Part shown: in pieces, positions 1 through 9,650 of the stretch
Position numbering within the stretch: the first letter of the stretch is position 1
How the letters are laid out: each line of letters begins with the position of its first letter
From: an uncultured bacterium
GTDB taxonomy: Bacteria; Acidobacteriota; Thermoanaerobaculia; Multivoradales; JAHZIX01
Length of the DNA stretch: 64,000 nucleotides
Assembly: GCA_965368975.1 (NCBI GenBank)
Contig: CBDUPA010000027.1
Coordinates: forward strand, 1-64,000
Direction: 5' to 3'
Position numbers and translations under genes: made by a program
Notes under the pieces: model-generated
The model's input: the letters and a program-made list of their open reading frames with translations, nothing else
The model's database searches: none
What the model was told of the DNA's origin: nothing

Positions 1-98
1 TGCTGCCTATGCCCGCGAGGTCGCCGCGACCGGTCTCTGGCGCGCCGCGGCCTGATGAGCAGAGGACGAGGCTGCTGACTTCGGTGGTAAGCTAAAGA

Positions 99-320
99 AT
101 GATGAAGCCACAAGAACTCCAGCAACAAGTTCTCAACCTCCCCGAGGCAGACCGCCTCGCTCTGGCCGAGGCTGTCTGGGCGAGTCTGGACAACCCGGAT
201 GCCTTTGAGCTTCCAGCGTGGCAGCGCGAGATTCTGCAGCAGCGCCTGGCGACTGTAGACAAGGAAGAAGGTGAGCCTTGGGAAGCGGTGCGAGCCGAGC
301 TGTGGCCTGAACTTGCGTGA
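99..320 (+). CDS. Putative addiction-module antitoxin (TIGR02574-like)
   Basis: 73 aa with pattern LP..DRL.LAE..W.SL...LP.WQR..L..RL...GEPWE.VR; overlaps the downstream ParE-like gene (GTGA). Confidence 0.8.
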   Translation: MMKPQELQQQVLNLPEADRLALAEAVWASLDNPDAFELPAWQREILQQRLATVDKEEGEPWEAVRAELWPELA

Positions 321-610
321 AATCTCTGCGTCTCAGTTCGGCTGCGCGGCAGGATATCGAGGAAGCCAAAGCCTGGTACGCGGAACAAGGGCCTGACTTG
401 GATTTACGCTTCGGGCGGGATCTCGATTCCGTCCTAGGGCGAGTTCCACGTTTCCCGTCGGGCTTTCCGCGCATCTTCCAGCGAGTCCGGCGGGCCAACC
501 TGAAGATCTTTCCGTATGGCGTCTTCTACGTCGAGCGCCGTAAGGACATCTTTGTAGTTGCCGTGATGCATCACGCTCGACATCCACGGCGTTGGCAGCG
601 GCGCCTGTGA
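317..610 (+). CDS. Type II toxin, RelE/ParE family
   Basis: 97 aa basic protein: A.QDIEEA..WY, FPYGVFY, VVAVMHHARHP..W..R. Confidence 0.85.
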   Translation: MKSLRLSSAARQDIEEAKAWYAEQGPDLDLRFGRDLDSVLGRVPRFPSGFPRIFQRVRRANLKIFPYGVFYVERRKDIFVVAVMHHARHPRRWQRRL

Positions 611-656
611 AGGCTCGATGGCTTCGAAGGTGGTTCCGGGAACTCCTGCCACATGA

Positions 657-3314
657 CTAGTCGTTGTCTTCCGCCCCCGTCCAGTCGTCGATGCGCGCGA
701 TGTCTTCGAAGTCTTCCGGCATGCGCTCGTTCTGCTTCGGGATATAGAACGGACGCTGCTGGTACCACGGCAGTTCCAAGATGCGGGCCTGGTCCGGGTC
801 GTAGTACCGGACCGGCTCGGTGCCGTGAATGAAGGCTTCCTGGATGACCTCGGCGGCACCGGGAACGGGACGTAGGCCCGTCCAGCGTTCTACCGGGGCG
901 ATCTCGATGCCTGGAGGAGGATCGAAGGTTTCGCCTTCTTGCAGCCAGCCGTCTGCCAGGCCGGCTTCGACGATGGCTCGCCAGATGGGCAGGGCGGCTT
1001 CGGCGCCGGTCATGTTGCGGCCGATGGGGCGCATCTTGTCGTAGCCGACCCAAGTGAGGATGGTGTAGCGCGGCGTGAAGCCGACGAACCAGGCGTCGGA
1101 GTAGTTGTCCGTGGTGCCGGTCTTGCCGGCCAGGGCGATCGGCAGATCGGCGACGGCGTAGGCGGTGCCACGGTCGACGACGCCTTCGAGAATGTGGGTC
1201 AGGACGTAGGCGATCTGGGGTTCCATGGCGCCGTGTGTCTCGGGGTGGTGACTCTCGAGGATCTTGCCGTCCGGATCGGTGACACGCTCGATGAAGTACG
1301 GTTTGACGAAGATGCCCTGGTTGGCCACGGCGGCATAGGAGGCGGCCAGTTCGAGAGGTGTCAGGTCCGCGACGCCGAGGGCCATGCTGGCGACCTGCAT
1401 CAGCTCGCTCTGGATGCCGCAGCGGCGGGCGAAGTCGATCGTCTGCTCGGCGCCTACCATGTCCATCAACTTGACGGCGGTCAGGTTGAGCGACTTTTCC
1501 ATGGCGCGGCGCAGGGTCACCATGCCGTGGTACTCGCGATCGTAGTTGCGCGGCCGGTACTCCGGTTCGCCGGTGGCGCCCGGGAAGTAAGTCGGGGCGT
1601 CGAAGAGGGTGTCGGCGGCGGTGTAGCCGGACTCGAGCGCGGCGCCGAAGACGAAGAGTTTGAAGGCCGAGCCCACCTGGCGGTGAGCCTGGGTGACGCG
1701 GTTGAACTTGCTGCGCTCGAAGCTCCAGCCACCCACCATGGCCCGGATCGCACCGGTGGCGCTCTCGAGCACCAGCACCGCGGATTCCAGTTCCGGCACC
1801 TGCTCTAGAAAGACCTGCGGCAAGCCGCCTTCGGTCTCCGGTGGCTCGATTCGGAACCAGGCGACGTCGCCCGCTTCCAGGACTTGGTCAGGACGCCGAC
1901 GGTAGGTCCAGGCACGGCCGCTCGGCGACACCAGGCCTTTGGAGGTCAGGTCGTACGTCTGGTCCTCGATCCGCACGCGGGCGCGCTGGCGGTCGCTTTC
2001 CAGCACGATACCCTCGAACCAGTTCTCCGGCACCGGCTTGTCACCGTTCCACGACGGCAACTCGGCGGTCTCCAGCTCTGTTTCCGGCAGCCGCTGCAGC
2101 GGTCCGCGCCAGCCCTTGCGCTTGTCGAGGTGCAGCAGGTGCTGTTGCATCGAGGTCTCGGCGGCGCGCTGGATGTCGAGGTCGAGCGTCGTCTCGACGC
2201 TGAGGCCGCCTTCGAGGAGCTGGGTGGTGCCGAAGGTCTGTTCCAGGTGACGGCGCACCTCTTCTGCGAAGTAGGGAGCCACGGCTTCCTCGTTGCGCTG
2301 CGGGATGACGCCCAGCGGTTGCACGCGTGCGACCTCGAACTCGGCCTCGCTCAGGTAGCCCACCGCCTGCATCCGGCGCAGCACCCAGTTGCGCCGTTCG
2401 AGTACCCGTTGCGGCCGGCGGTAGGGGCTGTAGTCACTGGGTCGCTGGACGATCCCGGCGAGCATCGCTGCCTCGTGGGTCTCCAACTCGCCGACCGACT
2501 TGCCGAAGTAGTAGCGCGCACCGGCTTCCATGCCGTAGTTGCCGTGGCCGACGTTGAATAGATTGCAGTACAGGGTGAGCAACTGCTGCTTGCTGTAGCG
2601 CTTCTCCAGCTCGACGGCGGTGAAGGCTTCCTCGATCTTGCGCTTCCAGGTGCGGTCGCGCGTCAGGTAGAGGGCGCGCGCCAGCTGCATGGTGAGCGTC
2701 GAGGCGCCTTCGCGCACTTCGCCGGCCTGGAAGTTGGTCCACGCGGCCCGCAGGACGCCCTCGGCGTCGATTCCGCCGTGCTGGAAGAACTTGCTGTCCT
2801 CGACCGCCACGATCGCACGCTGGAGGACCTCGGGCACCTGCCCTTCCTGCAGCTGGATACGACGCTGGCGGTGGAACTGCGCGAACGTTTCGCCGTTGCG
2901 GCTGAAGACCTGGGTGATCAGACTGGGCCGGTAGCCGATCAAGGATTCGACTTCGGGAATGTGAATCGCGGCAGCGAAGACGACACCGCCGAGAGCACCG
3001 AGCAAGACGACGGCGGCGATCGGCAGGCCCCAGCGCACCGCGGGGCGCTGCAGGATCGCGCGCCAGCCCTGGGGCTCGCCGCTAGCGTTCTCGGGAGCAG
3101 CTGCGGTCTGCGTGGCCGCAAGGCCACCTGCCGCTGCAACGCCACCTGCTGTAGCAACACCGCCGGCCGCAGCAACACCGCCGGCCGCGCGACCCTCGGA
3201 GGCAGGGGGTTGCGCGACGACCGGTGCGGGCTCGGGGGACCCTGCAGCACGAGCTTCGTCCGGGGCTTCGGTGGCGGAGGAGGAGGGGGTAGGGTCCAGC
3301 GGGTCGTACTGCAT
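657..3314 (-). CDS. Class A penicillin-binding protein (PBP1A family; transglycosylase + transpeptidase)
   Basis: EDSKFFQHGG and GASTLTMQLAR (GT51); SAFK, SLN and KTGT transpeptidase motifs; N-terminal TM helix. Start placed at the ATG 6 nt after a TATAAT. Confidence 0.93.
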   Translation of the reverse strand: MQYDPLDPTPSSSATEAPDEARAAGSPEPAPVVAQPPASEGRAAGGVAAAGGVATAGGVAAAGGLAATQTAAAPENASGEPQGWRAILQRPAVRWGLPIAAVVLLGALGGVVFAAAIHIPEVESLIGYRPSLITQVFSRNGETFAQFHRQRRIQLQEGQVPEVLQRAIVAVEDSKFFQHGGIDAEGVLRAAWTNFQAGEVREGASTLTMQLARALYLTRDRTWKRKIEEAFTAVELEKRYSKQQLLTLYCNLFNVGHGNYGMEAGARYYFGKSVGELETHEAAMLAGIVQRPSDYSPYRRPQRVLERRNWVLRRMQAVGYLSEAEFEVARVQPLGVIPQRNEEAVAPYFAEEVRRHLEQTFGTTQLLEGGLSVETTLDLDIQRAAETSMQQHLLHLDKRKGWRGPLQRLPETELETAELPSWNGDKPVPENWFEGIVLESDRQRARVRIEDQTYDLTSKGLVSPSGRAWTYRRRPDQVLEAGDVAWFRIEPPETEGGLPQVFLEQVPELESAVLVLESATGAIRAMVGGWSFERSKFNRVTQAHRQVGSAFKLFVFGAALESGYTAADTLFDAPTYFPGATGEPEYRPRNYDREYHGMVTLRRAMEKSLNLTAVKLMDMVGAEQTIDFARRCGIQSELMQVASMALGVADLTPLELAASYAAVANQGIFVKPYFIERVTDPDGKILESHHPETHGAMEPQIAYVLTHILEGVVDRGTAYAVADLPIALAGKTGTTDNYSDAWFVGFTPRYTILTWVGYDKMRPIGRNMTGAEAALPIWRAIVEAGLADGWLQEGETFDPPPGIEIAPVERWTGLRPVPGAAEVIQEAFIHGTEPVRYYDPDQARILELPWYQQRPFYIPKQNERMPEDFEDIARIDDWTGAEDND

Positions 3315-3372
3315 GGTCGGATTATACGAGGTTGGCGCTCGTTTCACCGCATGGCCCTACCCAGCCCCGGCG

Positions 3373-4461
3373 TCAGCGCCGCGAGACGTCCTGGGTGTCC
3401 ACCGAAGCCGGCACGCCGCGCGCCAGCTGTCGCAGGAGGTGGGCGACGGTTTCCAGCCGCAGCTGTGCCTCGTCCTGTTGCCCCGCAGAGCGCAGGACAC
3501 TCGCCAGCCGCAACAGGCAGTGGAGGTAGAGCGCGGGATCGTCGGTGCGCGGCAGGTGGTGCAGCGCTTGCGTCAAGTGCAGAATGGCATCGTCCCAGGC
3601 ACCACCGAACTGGTGCAGGCTGCCGAGGCGCAGCTCGACGCGACCGCGCTCGGCGTCCAGTCCGGCTTGCTCGTAGAGTTCCGCGGCGAAGCGTAGTTCA
3701 CGGGCCGCTATGCCTCGAACGTTCCCTCTCGCATGCCGCGAGAGCAGGGTGCCGAGCAACTCCGCGTAGCGTGCCTGGCACAGGGCCGACTTGGGGCTGC
3801 GCGCCATGCGGTCGTGGGCGCCGAGCAACTCGTTGTAGCTGACGTCGAACTGGCCGGCGAGGCGGCGGGCGTCGCTCAGACGCAGCCAGGCGCAGGTCTG
3901 CAGCTCAGCCACGAGGTCCGGCAGGTACGTCTGGGGATCGAGCAACGTGGTCAGGCTCACCGCAGCCTGGGCCAGGATCAGCGCGCGCGCGGGATCGGCC
4001 GCCTGGACTTCTTCGCTGCGATCGACCAGCAAGCGGGCGAAGCTCCAGAACACGAAGGTGGAGTTCATCTCGATGCGCATCGCCAGCTCGTCCGTCGACA
4101 GTCCCCGCAGCTGGTGCCACAGGCCCTGAGCGAGCGGGTATTCGTGTGCGGCGATCCGGTAGTCCGGATAGCCGATGGTGTCCATCCAGTGGTCGAGCTG
4201 GTCGCGGTTGGCCCGGCAGGTGCCGCAGGCCTCGACCCAGGGTGGAGCGTTGTGCTGTTGCAGCTCCTCCATGGACTGGCTGGCCAGCACATCCGCGAGC
4301 TGGCGCAGGTCGGGACAGGCCTCGGGATGCCCATCGGGGTAGCGATCGGAAGCGGAGTCGGTGGGAGAGGGGCGGGTTGGTTCCGGGGGGGGCGGTTCGC
4401 CGGGAGGAGTGGTCGATGCCAGCGGAGACGGTGCCAGGGGTGACGATGCCAGGGAATACAT
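3373..4461 (-). CDS. Hypothetical helical-repeat (TPR-like) protein with N-terminal CxxC
   Basis: CGTC motif followed by Ala/Leu-rich TPR-like helices; GGAGG upstream of ATG 4461; same architecture as 17054-18355. Confidence 0.65.
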   Translation of the reverse strand: MYSLASSPLAPSPLASTTPPGEPPPPEPTRPSPTDSASDRYPDGHPEACPDLRQLADVLASQSMEELQQHNAPPWVEACGTCRANRDQLDHWMDTIGYPDYRIAAHEYPLAQGLWHQLRGLSTDELAMRIEMNSTFVFWSFARLLVDRSEEVQAADPARALILAQAAVSLTTLLDPQTYLPDLVAELQTCAWLRLSDARRLAGQFDVSYNELLGAHDRMARSPKSALCQARYAELLGTLLSRHARGNVRGIAARELRFAAELYEQAGLDAERGRVELRLGSLHQFGGAWDDAILHLTQALHHLPRTDDPALYLHCLLRLASVLRSAGQQDEAQLRLETVAHLLRQLARGVPASVDTQDVSRR

Positions 4462-4545
4462 GGACTTCTTGACCTCCATATCTTTTCTATTGAAGCAGAA
4501 AAGTTCCCCATGATGGTACACGAAGTCGGCATATGTTGTCTAGGT

Positions 4546-4576
4546 AAACAAAAAGAGGAGGCCAAAAAGCCTCCTC
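4546..4576 (-). terminator. Rho-independent terminator after the CADD gene
   Basis: Minus strand GAGGAGGC-tttttg-GCCTCCTC followed by TTTTTGTTT. Confidence 0.75.
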
Positions 4577-4636
4577 CTGGAACGGGTGTCGTGGCGTGTC
4601 GTCTCCGAGGGGAACTCGGGCGCCGCCGAGGTCAGG

Positions 4637-5332
4637 TCAGCAGCTGATACCGGTCTCGGCGCAGACGCCGTCGAGCAACGTCCAGTAGGCGTCGAGCGCT
4701 TGGTCGGCTGCCTGGTACAGGGCCTCGGTGCTGGCGCCCTGCTCCAGGCAGCGCGCGAGGGCGGCACGTTCGCCGTCGCGGTGGCGCACGTCAGCTTCGG
4801 CGTGGACGGTGAAGTAGCGGTGGGTGGCGTCATCCTCGATACCGTAGAACTCCCGCAGGCCGTGCGACTTGGTGGCGGCGACCTCGGGCTGCTGGCTCTC
4901 GTAGGCGTAGAGCGCGGTCAGCGCCTCGACGCTCTGGCCCTGGCACAGGCGACGGAAGGTATCGACGGTGACCTGCGTCGAGTCGGCGGGGCGGGCGGCC
5001 GCGACGTCGTCGGCGTCCAGACCCAGGCCGGCGGCGAAGTCGAGCCACAGCGCGGGATGCGGCGCTGGCACGGACTCTTCTTCGCGTAGGTTGTCCTGCA
5101 GTTCGGCACGCACCTCGGCGTCCTGAGCGCGCTCGATGGCGTCGCGCAGGTAGGCCGGGAAGGCCTCGACATGCGGGTAGTACATGCGCGCGTAGGTGGC
5201 CAGCTGCTGCTGGCTCAGCTCGCCGGCGGTCCAGGCCTGGTAGAAGGGATGCTCGAGAATCGAGCGGCTGGCGATGCGACGGTCCAGTTCGGCCAGAACG
5301 GCCTCGGTTTCGTGGGTTGTGGTGTCGACCAT
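4637..5332 (-). CDS. CADD-family heme-oxygenase-like dimetal oxidase (PqqC/TenA-like; putative pABA synthase)
   Basis: 231 aa; LEHPFY..W..GEL, NL.EEE...H..LW, LYAYESQ.P.VA..K..GL, YF.VH.EADVRH align with Chlamydia CADD as I recall it. Confidence 0.85.
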   Translation of the reverse strand: MVDTTTHETEAVLAELDRRIASRSILEHPFYQAWTAGELSQQQLATYARMYYPHVEAFPAYLRDAIERAQDAEVRAELQDNLREEESVPAPHPALWLDFAAGLGLDADDVAAARPADSTQVTVDTFRRLCQGQSVEALTALYAYESQQPEVAATKSHGLREFYGIEDDATHRYFTVHAEADVRHRDGERAALARCLEQGASTEALYQAADQALDAYWTLLDGVCAETGISC

Positions 5333-5380
5333 GGAGGACTCCTTCGGACGGCGCCGCGGACGGCGGCGCTGGGTTTGCAG

Positions 5381-5447
5381 GGTGACAGGTTTGTTAGGTG
5401 GCAGTGTTTGTTAGGTGGCTGTGATTGTTAGGTGACAGTGGTTTAAA
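5381..5447. repeat. Four imperfect 16-17 bp direct repeats (core TTGTTAGGTG x3) in the divergent CADD/thiolase intergenic region
   Basis: TTGTTAGGTG at 5391, 5408 and 5425 (period 17). Confidence 0.85.
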
Positions 5448-5512
5448 CTCCAGGAGCGGAGTATATCCGTCCCACCCTGCCCACTCCAACGATGACCCGC
5501 ACGGAGATCCTG

Positions 5513-6697
5513 ATGAACATACAAGACCTCGTTCTGCTCGACGGCATCCGTACGCCGATGGCCGAGTTCAATGGCCCTTTTGTCGACACGTCCGCCATCG
5601 ACCTCGGCGCTCACGCCGCCAAGGCGCTACTCGAGAAGACCGGCACCGACCCGGCAGAGATCGATCACACGGTGGTCGGCAACGCGCTCCAGACCTCGCC
5701 GGACGCCATCTACGGGGCGCGCCACGTGGCGCTGCGCGCGGGAGTGCCGCACGAGAAGCCAGCGCTGACCGTCAATCGCCTATGCGGCTCGGGCATCCAG
5801 AGCCTCCTCTCGGGCGCCCACCTGATCCTGGCCGGTGAGGCCACCACCTGCCTGGTCGGCGGTATGGAGAACATGACGCAGGCGCCGCACGTCGTCTTCG
5901 GTGCACGCAAGGGCTTCCGTCTCGGCCATGGCAAGCTCGAAGACTGGCTGATGCTCAGCCTGATGGACACCTACTGCGGCTGCTACATGGCGCAGACCAG
6001 CGACAATCTGGCGCGCGACTACAGCATCAGCCGTGAAGAGCAGGATGCCTTCGCGCTCGAGAGCCAGCGCCGTGCCACTGCCGCCATGGAAGCTGGCCGC
6101 CTGGCCGAGGAGATCGTGCCGATCCAGGTCGGCCGCGGCAAGCGGGCCAAGACCATCGAGGCCGACGAGCATGTGCGTGCCGACTCGACGATGGAAGGTC
6201 TGGCCAAGCTGCGCCCCGCCTTCGACCAGGACGGCTTCGTCACCGCCGGCAACGCCTCCGGCATCGTCGATGGCGCCGCCATGCTGCTGCTGTCGACTGC
6301 CGAGCGCGCCAAGGCCCGCGGCATCGAGCCGCTTGGCCGCATCCTGAGCTGGGCCGTCGTCGGCGTCGACCCCTCGCGCATGGGCATCGGTCCGGCACCG
6401 GCGATCCGCGAGGCGCTGAAGAAAGCCGGTCTCGACGCTGGTCAGGTCGACCTGATCGAGATCAACGAGGCCTTCGCCGGCCAGATCCTGGCCGTGGTCA
6501 AGGAACTCGACCTCGACACCGACAAGCTCAACGTCAACGGCGGCGCCATCGCGCTGGGCCACCCGCTGGGCGCCACCGGCAGTCGCATCACCCTGACCGT
6601 GCTCAAGGAGCTGCAGCGCCGCGGCGGCGGTATCGGCGTCGCGTCTGCCTGCATCGGCGGTGGTCAGGGTATCGCCATCGTCGTCCAGGCCGGCTGA
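5513..6697 (+). CDS. Acetyl-CoA C-acetyltransferase (thiolase)
   Basis: NRLCGSG, NEAFA, GGAIALGHPLGATG and CIGGGQG motifs; GGAG before ATG 5513. Confidence 0.95.
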   Translation: MNIQDLVLLDGIRTPMAEFNGPFVDTSAIDLGAHAAKALLEKTGTDPAEIDHTVVGNALQTSPDAIYGARHVALRAGVPHEKPALTVNRLCGSGIQSLLSGAHLILAGEATTCLVGGMENMTQAPHVVFGARKGFRLGHGKLEDWLMLSLMDTYCGCYMAQTSDNLARDYSISREEQDAFALESQRRATAAMEAGRLAEEIVPIQVGRGKRAKTIEADEHVRADSTMEGLAKLRPAFDQDGFVTAGNASGIVDGAAMLLLSTAERAKARGIEPLGRILSWAVVGVDPSRMGIGPAPAIREALKKAGLDAGQVDLIEINEAFAGQILAVVKELDLDTDKLNVNGGAIALGHPLGATGSRITLTVLKELQRRGGGIGVASACIGGGQGIAIVVQAG

Positions 6698-6719
6698 TCC
6701 AGTGCTGGCTGCTTCTGCG

Positions 6720-7925
6720 ATGAGGTCGACGAACGACGGGCCCTCCTTCTGGCTGGCCCGTCCGACCCCGCCGATCGAGGCAGACGTGGTGATCGTCGGC
6801 GGGGGTCTTGTCGGTCTGTCCACTGCCTGGTGGATGAGTCGGTTGCTGCGCGATACCTCGAAGAGAGTCCTGCTCCTCGAAGCCGGCGGCCTCGCCGGGC
6901 GGGCGTCCGGACGCAACGCCGGCTTCCTGCTCACCGGTAGCGCCGAGCCCTACACCCGCTTCGCCGCCGAGGCCGGCGAAGATCGTGCCTTCGCCTTCTG
7001 GCAGCTCAGCTACGACAACCGCGAGCTGGTGCGTGCCGAGCTGCTGGACGGCGGGATCGTCGACGCCGAGTTCGTCCCGGAAGGCAGCTGGATCGCGTCG
7101 CTCGATCAGGAGGCGCAGACACGCGAGCTGCGCGAAAGCGCCGAGCGTCTGCTGGCCAAGGGTTTCTTCGGGGGGGAGCAGGGGCTGCGCTGGGTCGAGG
7201 GTGACGAGCTGCGCCGGGCTAGTGGCAGCGATCGTCTCGGCGGTGCCCTGCACCAGCCCCGCGACGGCGGCATCGATCCCGTCCGTCTCGCCCGCGGCCT
7301 GGCGTCGACCGCGCAGGCCCAGCACGATGGCCTGGAACTGCGCACCGGCGTGCGCGTCCGGACCTTGGAGCCGACCAATGACGGCCGCGTGCACCTGCAC
7401 ACGGAGAGTGGGGAAGTGATCGCCGAACGCGTCGTCCTCGCCCTCAACGCCTACGCTCCGCAGCTCCTGTCGCACCTCGATGGCGTCGTGCGTCCGGTAC
7501 GCGGTCAGGTCCTGGCGACCGCGCCGCAAGCGCGTCTCTTGCCCGGTGTCTGGTATATCGACGATGGCTTCCAATACCTGCGGCAACTGCCCGATGGCAC
7601 TCTGATTCTGGGGGGCTGTCGCAACGTGGCACCGGAGGAAGAGGTCGGTTACGAGGAGACGCCGAACCCCAAGATCCAGGTCGCGCTCGACACTTTCTTG
7701 CGCGATGCCTTCCCGCGTCTCGCCGAAGCGCCCGTGGTGCGTCGCTGGGCGGGGATCATGGCCTGGACGGACACCGGCTTGCCGGAGATCGGCGACGTTC
7801 CCGGTGTCCCCGGAGCGCTGTATGCCGCAGGCATGAATGGCCACGGCCTCTCGCTCGGTTTCGTCACCGGGAGGTACCTGGCTCGCCGAGCGCTGGGGGA
7901 GGACGTCGGCGAGCTGGTGCCGTAG
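6720..7925 (+). CDS. FAD-dependent oxidoreductase, DAO/PuuB-like
   Basis: VVIVGGGLVG, ASGRNAG, RWAGIMA, GMNGHGL. Confidence 0.85.
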   Translation: MRSTNDGPSFWLARPTPPIEADVVIVGGGLVGLSTAWWMSRLLRDTSKRVLLLEAGGLAGRASGRNAGFLLTGSAEPYTRFAAEAGEDRAFAFWQLSYDNRELVRAELLDGGIVDAEFVPEGSWIASLDQEAQTRELRESAERLLAKGFFGGEQGLRWVEGDELRRASGSDRLGGALHQPRDGGIDPVRLARGLASTAQAQHDGLELRTGVRVRTLEPTNDGRVHLHTESGEVIAERVVLALNAYAPQLLSHLDGVVRPVRGQVLATAPQARLLPGVWYIDDGFQYLRQLPDGTLILGGCRNVAPEEEVGYEETPNPKIQVALDTFLRDAFPRLAEAPVVRRWAGIMAWTDTGLPEIGDVPGVPGALYAAGMNGHGLSLGFVTGRYLARRALGEDVGELVP

Positions 7926-8136
7926 GCTCGAGGGGTGGAGGAGGACTGCATGCAGCAAGGACGTGCACCGTACGAGCAGTATCAGCGGGACGTCTCCTGC
8001 TGGTGGCCGCGCCGTCCGCCGGGCTAGCTCAGGCGAGGCCGAGTTCTTCGAGGGATTCCGCCTGGAGCAGCTTCCGTCCCAGGTGACGGAGTTTTCTGGC
8101 GTTCAACCCCTGGACCGTTGCCGGGAGTCCGATTCG

Positions 8137-8169
8137 AGTCTTGACAAAAAATTTTGTCAAGACTACGAT
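8137..8169 (+). promoter_or_regulatory. Sigma-70 promoter (TTGACA-N17-TACGAT) overlapped by a 13-2-13 palindromic operator
   Basis: AGTCTTGACAAAA-AA-TTTTGTCAAGACT at 8137-8164; -35 at 8141, -10 at 8164. Confidence 0.85.
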
Positions 8170-8175
8170 CCTCCC

Positions 8176-8853
8176 ATGCTCGACGCCGTCCATCCCGATC
8201 CTCCCTTGCTCGATGCCCCTCTCTTCGAAGTAGAGGTCATCGACGACCCGGCCGCCGCGATCCTGGCGCTGGACCCGGTGCGCGGGCGTCTCCTTGCCGC
8301 GCTCACCGAGCCGGCGTCGGCGGCGACGCTAGCGTCGCGCCTCGACTTGCCGCGGCAGAAGATCAACTACCACCTGCGCACGCTGGAGAAGCACGGACTC
8401 GTCCAGGTGGCCGAAAAGCGGCGCTGGGGTGGCTTGACGGAGAGACTGATGGTGGCGACGGCGGCGTCGTACGTGGTGTCGCCGGGAGCGCTCGGGCCTT
8501 TGACGGCAGAGCCGGAGCGTGCGGCGGATCGGCTGTCGGCGAGCTACTTGATCGCATTGGCGGCGCGGGTGATCCGCGAAGTAAGTGCGCTGTGGCGACG
8601 GGCGCGGGAAGTGGAGAAGCGCTTGCCGACGCTGTCGATCGACACCGAGATCCGCTTTCGCTCCGCGGCCGAGCGGGCGGCGTTCAGTCGTGAGCTGGCC
8701 GAAGCCGTCGCGACGCTGGCGTCGCGCTACCACGATGCCAAGGCTGAAGGCGGACGTGCACATCGTCTCGTCGTTCTGGCTCACCCCTTGATGCACACGT
8801 CCTCGACGCTGGACAGCCCGACCCTAGAGACGATGACAAAGGAGCCCTCATGA
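8176..8853 (+). CDS. ArsR-like (HTH_20) transcriptional regulator
   Basis: LDPVRGRLLAAL.EP.SA..LA.RL.LPRQKINYHLRTLE winged helix; ATG 6 nt after the -10. Confidence 0.85.
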   Translation: MLDAVHPDPPLLDAPLFEVEVIDDPAAAILALDPVRGRLLAALTEPASAATLASRLDLPRQKINYHLRTLEKHGLVQVAEKRRWGGLTERLMVATAASYVVSPGALGPLTAEPERAADRLSASYLIALAARVIREVSALWRRAREVEKRLPTLSIDTEIRFRSAAERAAFSRELAEAVATLASRYHDAKAEGGRAHRLVVLAHPLMHTSSTLDSPTLETMTKEPS

Positions 8854-9650
8854 GCGTGAAGATCAACGACGACGGACTGAGGTCCGTCCAGGTGGAAATC
8901 GAAGTCCCGGGCACTCCGGAAGAGGTGTGGCGAGCGATCGCGACAGGGCCGGGGGTATCGTCGTGGTTCGTCCATGCCGAGATCGACGGCCGGGAGGGCG
9001 GAGACTCGATCTACCACTTCGGCCCGGGCATGGACGACCGGGCGACGATCACCTCCTGGCAACCGCCGCGCGGCTACGCCACCGAGAATCTCGCCTGGCA
9101 CCCCGACGCACCGCCCCTGGCCACCGAGTGGGTCGTCGAGGCGCGGGATGGCGGCACCTGCGTGGTGCGGGTCGTACACAGCCTGTTCGCCAGCAGCGAC
9201 GAATGGGACGACCAACTCGAAGGCATGGAAGCCGGTTGGCCTGTCATGTTCCGTATCCTGTCCGGAGTGCTGTCGGAGTTCCGGGATCAGCCCTGGGCCA
9301 CCATGCACCTGTTGGCGACCCAGCAGGCGAGCAATGACGAAGTCTGGAGCGCCCTGGCAGGAACTCTCGGTCTGGCCGCAGCCCAGGAAGGAGAGCCTTG
9401 CCGGGTATCGGATGGCTTTCCGCCCCTGTCGGGAGTTGTCGAACACAGCCAGGCCACGCAGATGCTGGTCCGCCTCGAGCAGCCGGCGCCGGGGTTCGCC
9501 ACGGTCGGTGTCTGTGCTCCCTACCTGTCGTTGGGTCTCTATCTCTACGGCAACGAGGCCGTCGCCACGCTCGAGCGCGACAAGCCGCGCTGGCAAGCTT
9601 GGATGCAGCAACAGTTTCCGACCGACAGTCAACACGAGGAGTTCTCATGA
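8850..9650 (+). CDS. SRPBCC/AHSA1-domain protein (paralog 1)
   Basis: EIEVPGTPEEVWRAIATGPGVSSWF; ATGA overlap with the regulator. Confidence 0.85.
   Translation: MSVKINDDGLRSVQVEIEVPGTPEEVWRAIATGPGVSSWFVHAEIDGREGGDSIYHFGPGMDDRATITSWQPPRGYATENLAWHPDAPPLATEWVVEARDGGTCVVRVVHSLFASSDEWDDQLEGMEAGWPVMFRILSGVLSEFRDQPWATMHLLATQQASNDEVWSALAGTLGLAAAQEGEPCRVSDGFPPLSGVVEHSQATQMLVRLEQPAPGFATVGVCAPYLSLGLYLYGNEAVATLERDKPRWQAWMQQQFPTDSQHEEFS

Noticed and set aside
5381-5447. CRISPR array (also considered for 31384-31434 and 54052-54102)
   Set aside because: Units are contiguous 17-27 bp repeats without unique spacers, and there are no cas genes.
7837-8175. N-terminal extensions in the ORF track (ArsR from 7837, SRPBCC from 9398, DUF2911 from 12412, precursors from 34121 and 37487)
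   Set aside because: Promoter/RBS positions and domain boundaries support the downstream starts reported here.
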